DNA of 16,617 nucleotides from a virus (Duplodnaviria; Heunggongvirae; Uroviricota; Caudoviricetes): IMG/VR virus record IMGVR_UViG_2711768058_000002, positions 1 to 16,617 of that record; one strand, 5' to 3'. Shown piece by piece: positions 16,272 to 16,617 of this stretch (position 1 is its first letter; each line of letters starts with the position of its first letter). The notes under the pieces were generated by a model. It saw only the letters and a program-made list of their open reading frames with translations, ran no database searches and was not told where the DNA came from. The position numbers and the translations under genes were made by a program.

Positions 16272-16617
16272 TTATTTCAGGCACTGAGTGCGGATATATT
16301 CCTGCGCCCCTTCCAGCTGCTTCTGCATTGTCATCAACCGTTCTCTGAGGATGAAATAATCCCATTCAGCGGTGTCTGCCAGTCGGGGGCCGGTTGCATT
16401 ATCCACGCCGGAGGTGGTGGGGGCTTCACGCACGGTACCGGAGCAGGTGGCGTTGATCCGCAGGCGCTTACGACCAGCGGTAACATCAGCACGCAGAGTT
16501 TCATTTTCAGCTCTCGCATCGGCTAATTCCCTCGAGTATTTTGCATCGAGCGCAGCAACATCGCGCTGGCGCTGCTGCATATCAGTAATAGTGGCATTCG
16601 CCAGTTTCAGCTCACTG
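16272..16617 (-). CDS. Rz: Spanin inner-membrane subunit Rz, C-terminal part (5' end lies beyond the window)
   Basis: Translation ...SELKLANATITDMQQRQRDVAALDAKYSRELADARAENETLRADVTAGRKRLRINATCSGTVREAPTTSGVDNATGPRLADTAEWDYFILRERLMTMQKQLEGAQEYIRTQCLK* closely matches lambda Rz. No stop upstream to the window edge. Confidence 0.9.
   Translation of the reverse strand, partial: SELKLANATITDMQQRQRDVAALDAKYSRELADARAENETLRADVTAGRKRLRINATCSGTVREAPTTSGVDNATGPRLADTAEWDYFILRERLMTMQKQLEGAQEYIRTQCLK
16334..16519 (-). CDS. Rz1: Spanin outer-membrane lipoprotein Rz1, embedded in the +1 frame of Rz
   Basis: 61 aa, MRELKMKLCVLMLPLVVSAC... with a lipobox (VSAC) and proline-rich CVKPPPPPAWIMQPAPDWQTPLNGIIS, matching lambda Rz1. 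Confidence 0.88.
   Translation of the reverse strand: MRELKMKLCVLMLPLVVSACGSTPPAPVPCVKPPPPPAWIMQPAPDWQTPLNGIISSSENG

Noticed and set aside
16030-16365. 111-aa minus-strand ORF downstream of Rz, spanning the cos-like region
   Set aside because: Begins inside Rz/Rz1 in a third frame and runs through the GC-rich cos candidate; no ribosome-binding site and no recognisable features. Likely a chance ORF.
1-16617. Search for tRNA genes, CRISPR repeats, integrase or attachment sites, and insertion-sequence ends
   Set aside because: No cloverleaf-compatible segments, no regularly spaced short repeats and no transposase or integrase-like ORFs were seen. The only notable repeat is the 108-bp J 5' duplication reported above.

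Overview
The window is almost entirely the late (structural) region of a lambda-like prophage, typical of enterobacterial lambdoid phages, with every gene on the minus strand. Reading from high to low coordinates: Rz/Rz1 spanin genes (Rz runs off the window end), a short AT-rich cos-like region, terminase small and large subunits, gpW-like connector, portal, a single ORF fusing a ClpP-like prohead protease to a major capsid protein, two small head/connector proteins, then a lambda-type tail module (Z, U, V, G with the G-T frameshift, tape measure H, M, L, K, I) and the first 78 codons of the tip/host-specificity protein J. Identifications rest on recall of lambda protein sequences and motifs, not on a database search. 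The one region the phage backbone does not explain is about 0.9 kb of AT-rich DNA between I and J (roughly 236-1384). It contains a promoter–ORF–terminator cassette encoding a 172-aa protein of unknown function, and it is bracketed by a 108-bp direct repeat of the J 5' end, which leaves a truncated 40-codon J' upstream of the intact J start. This moron is the best candidate for an undescribed accessory function. No tRNA, rRNA, CRISPR array, integrase or att site was found.
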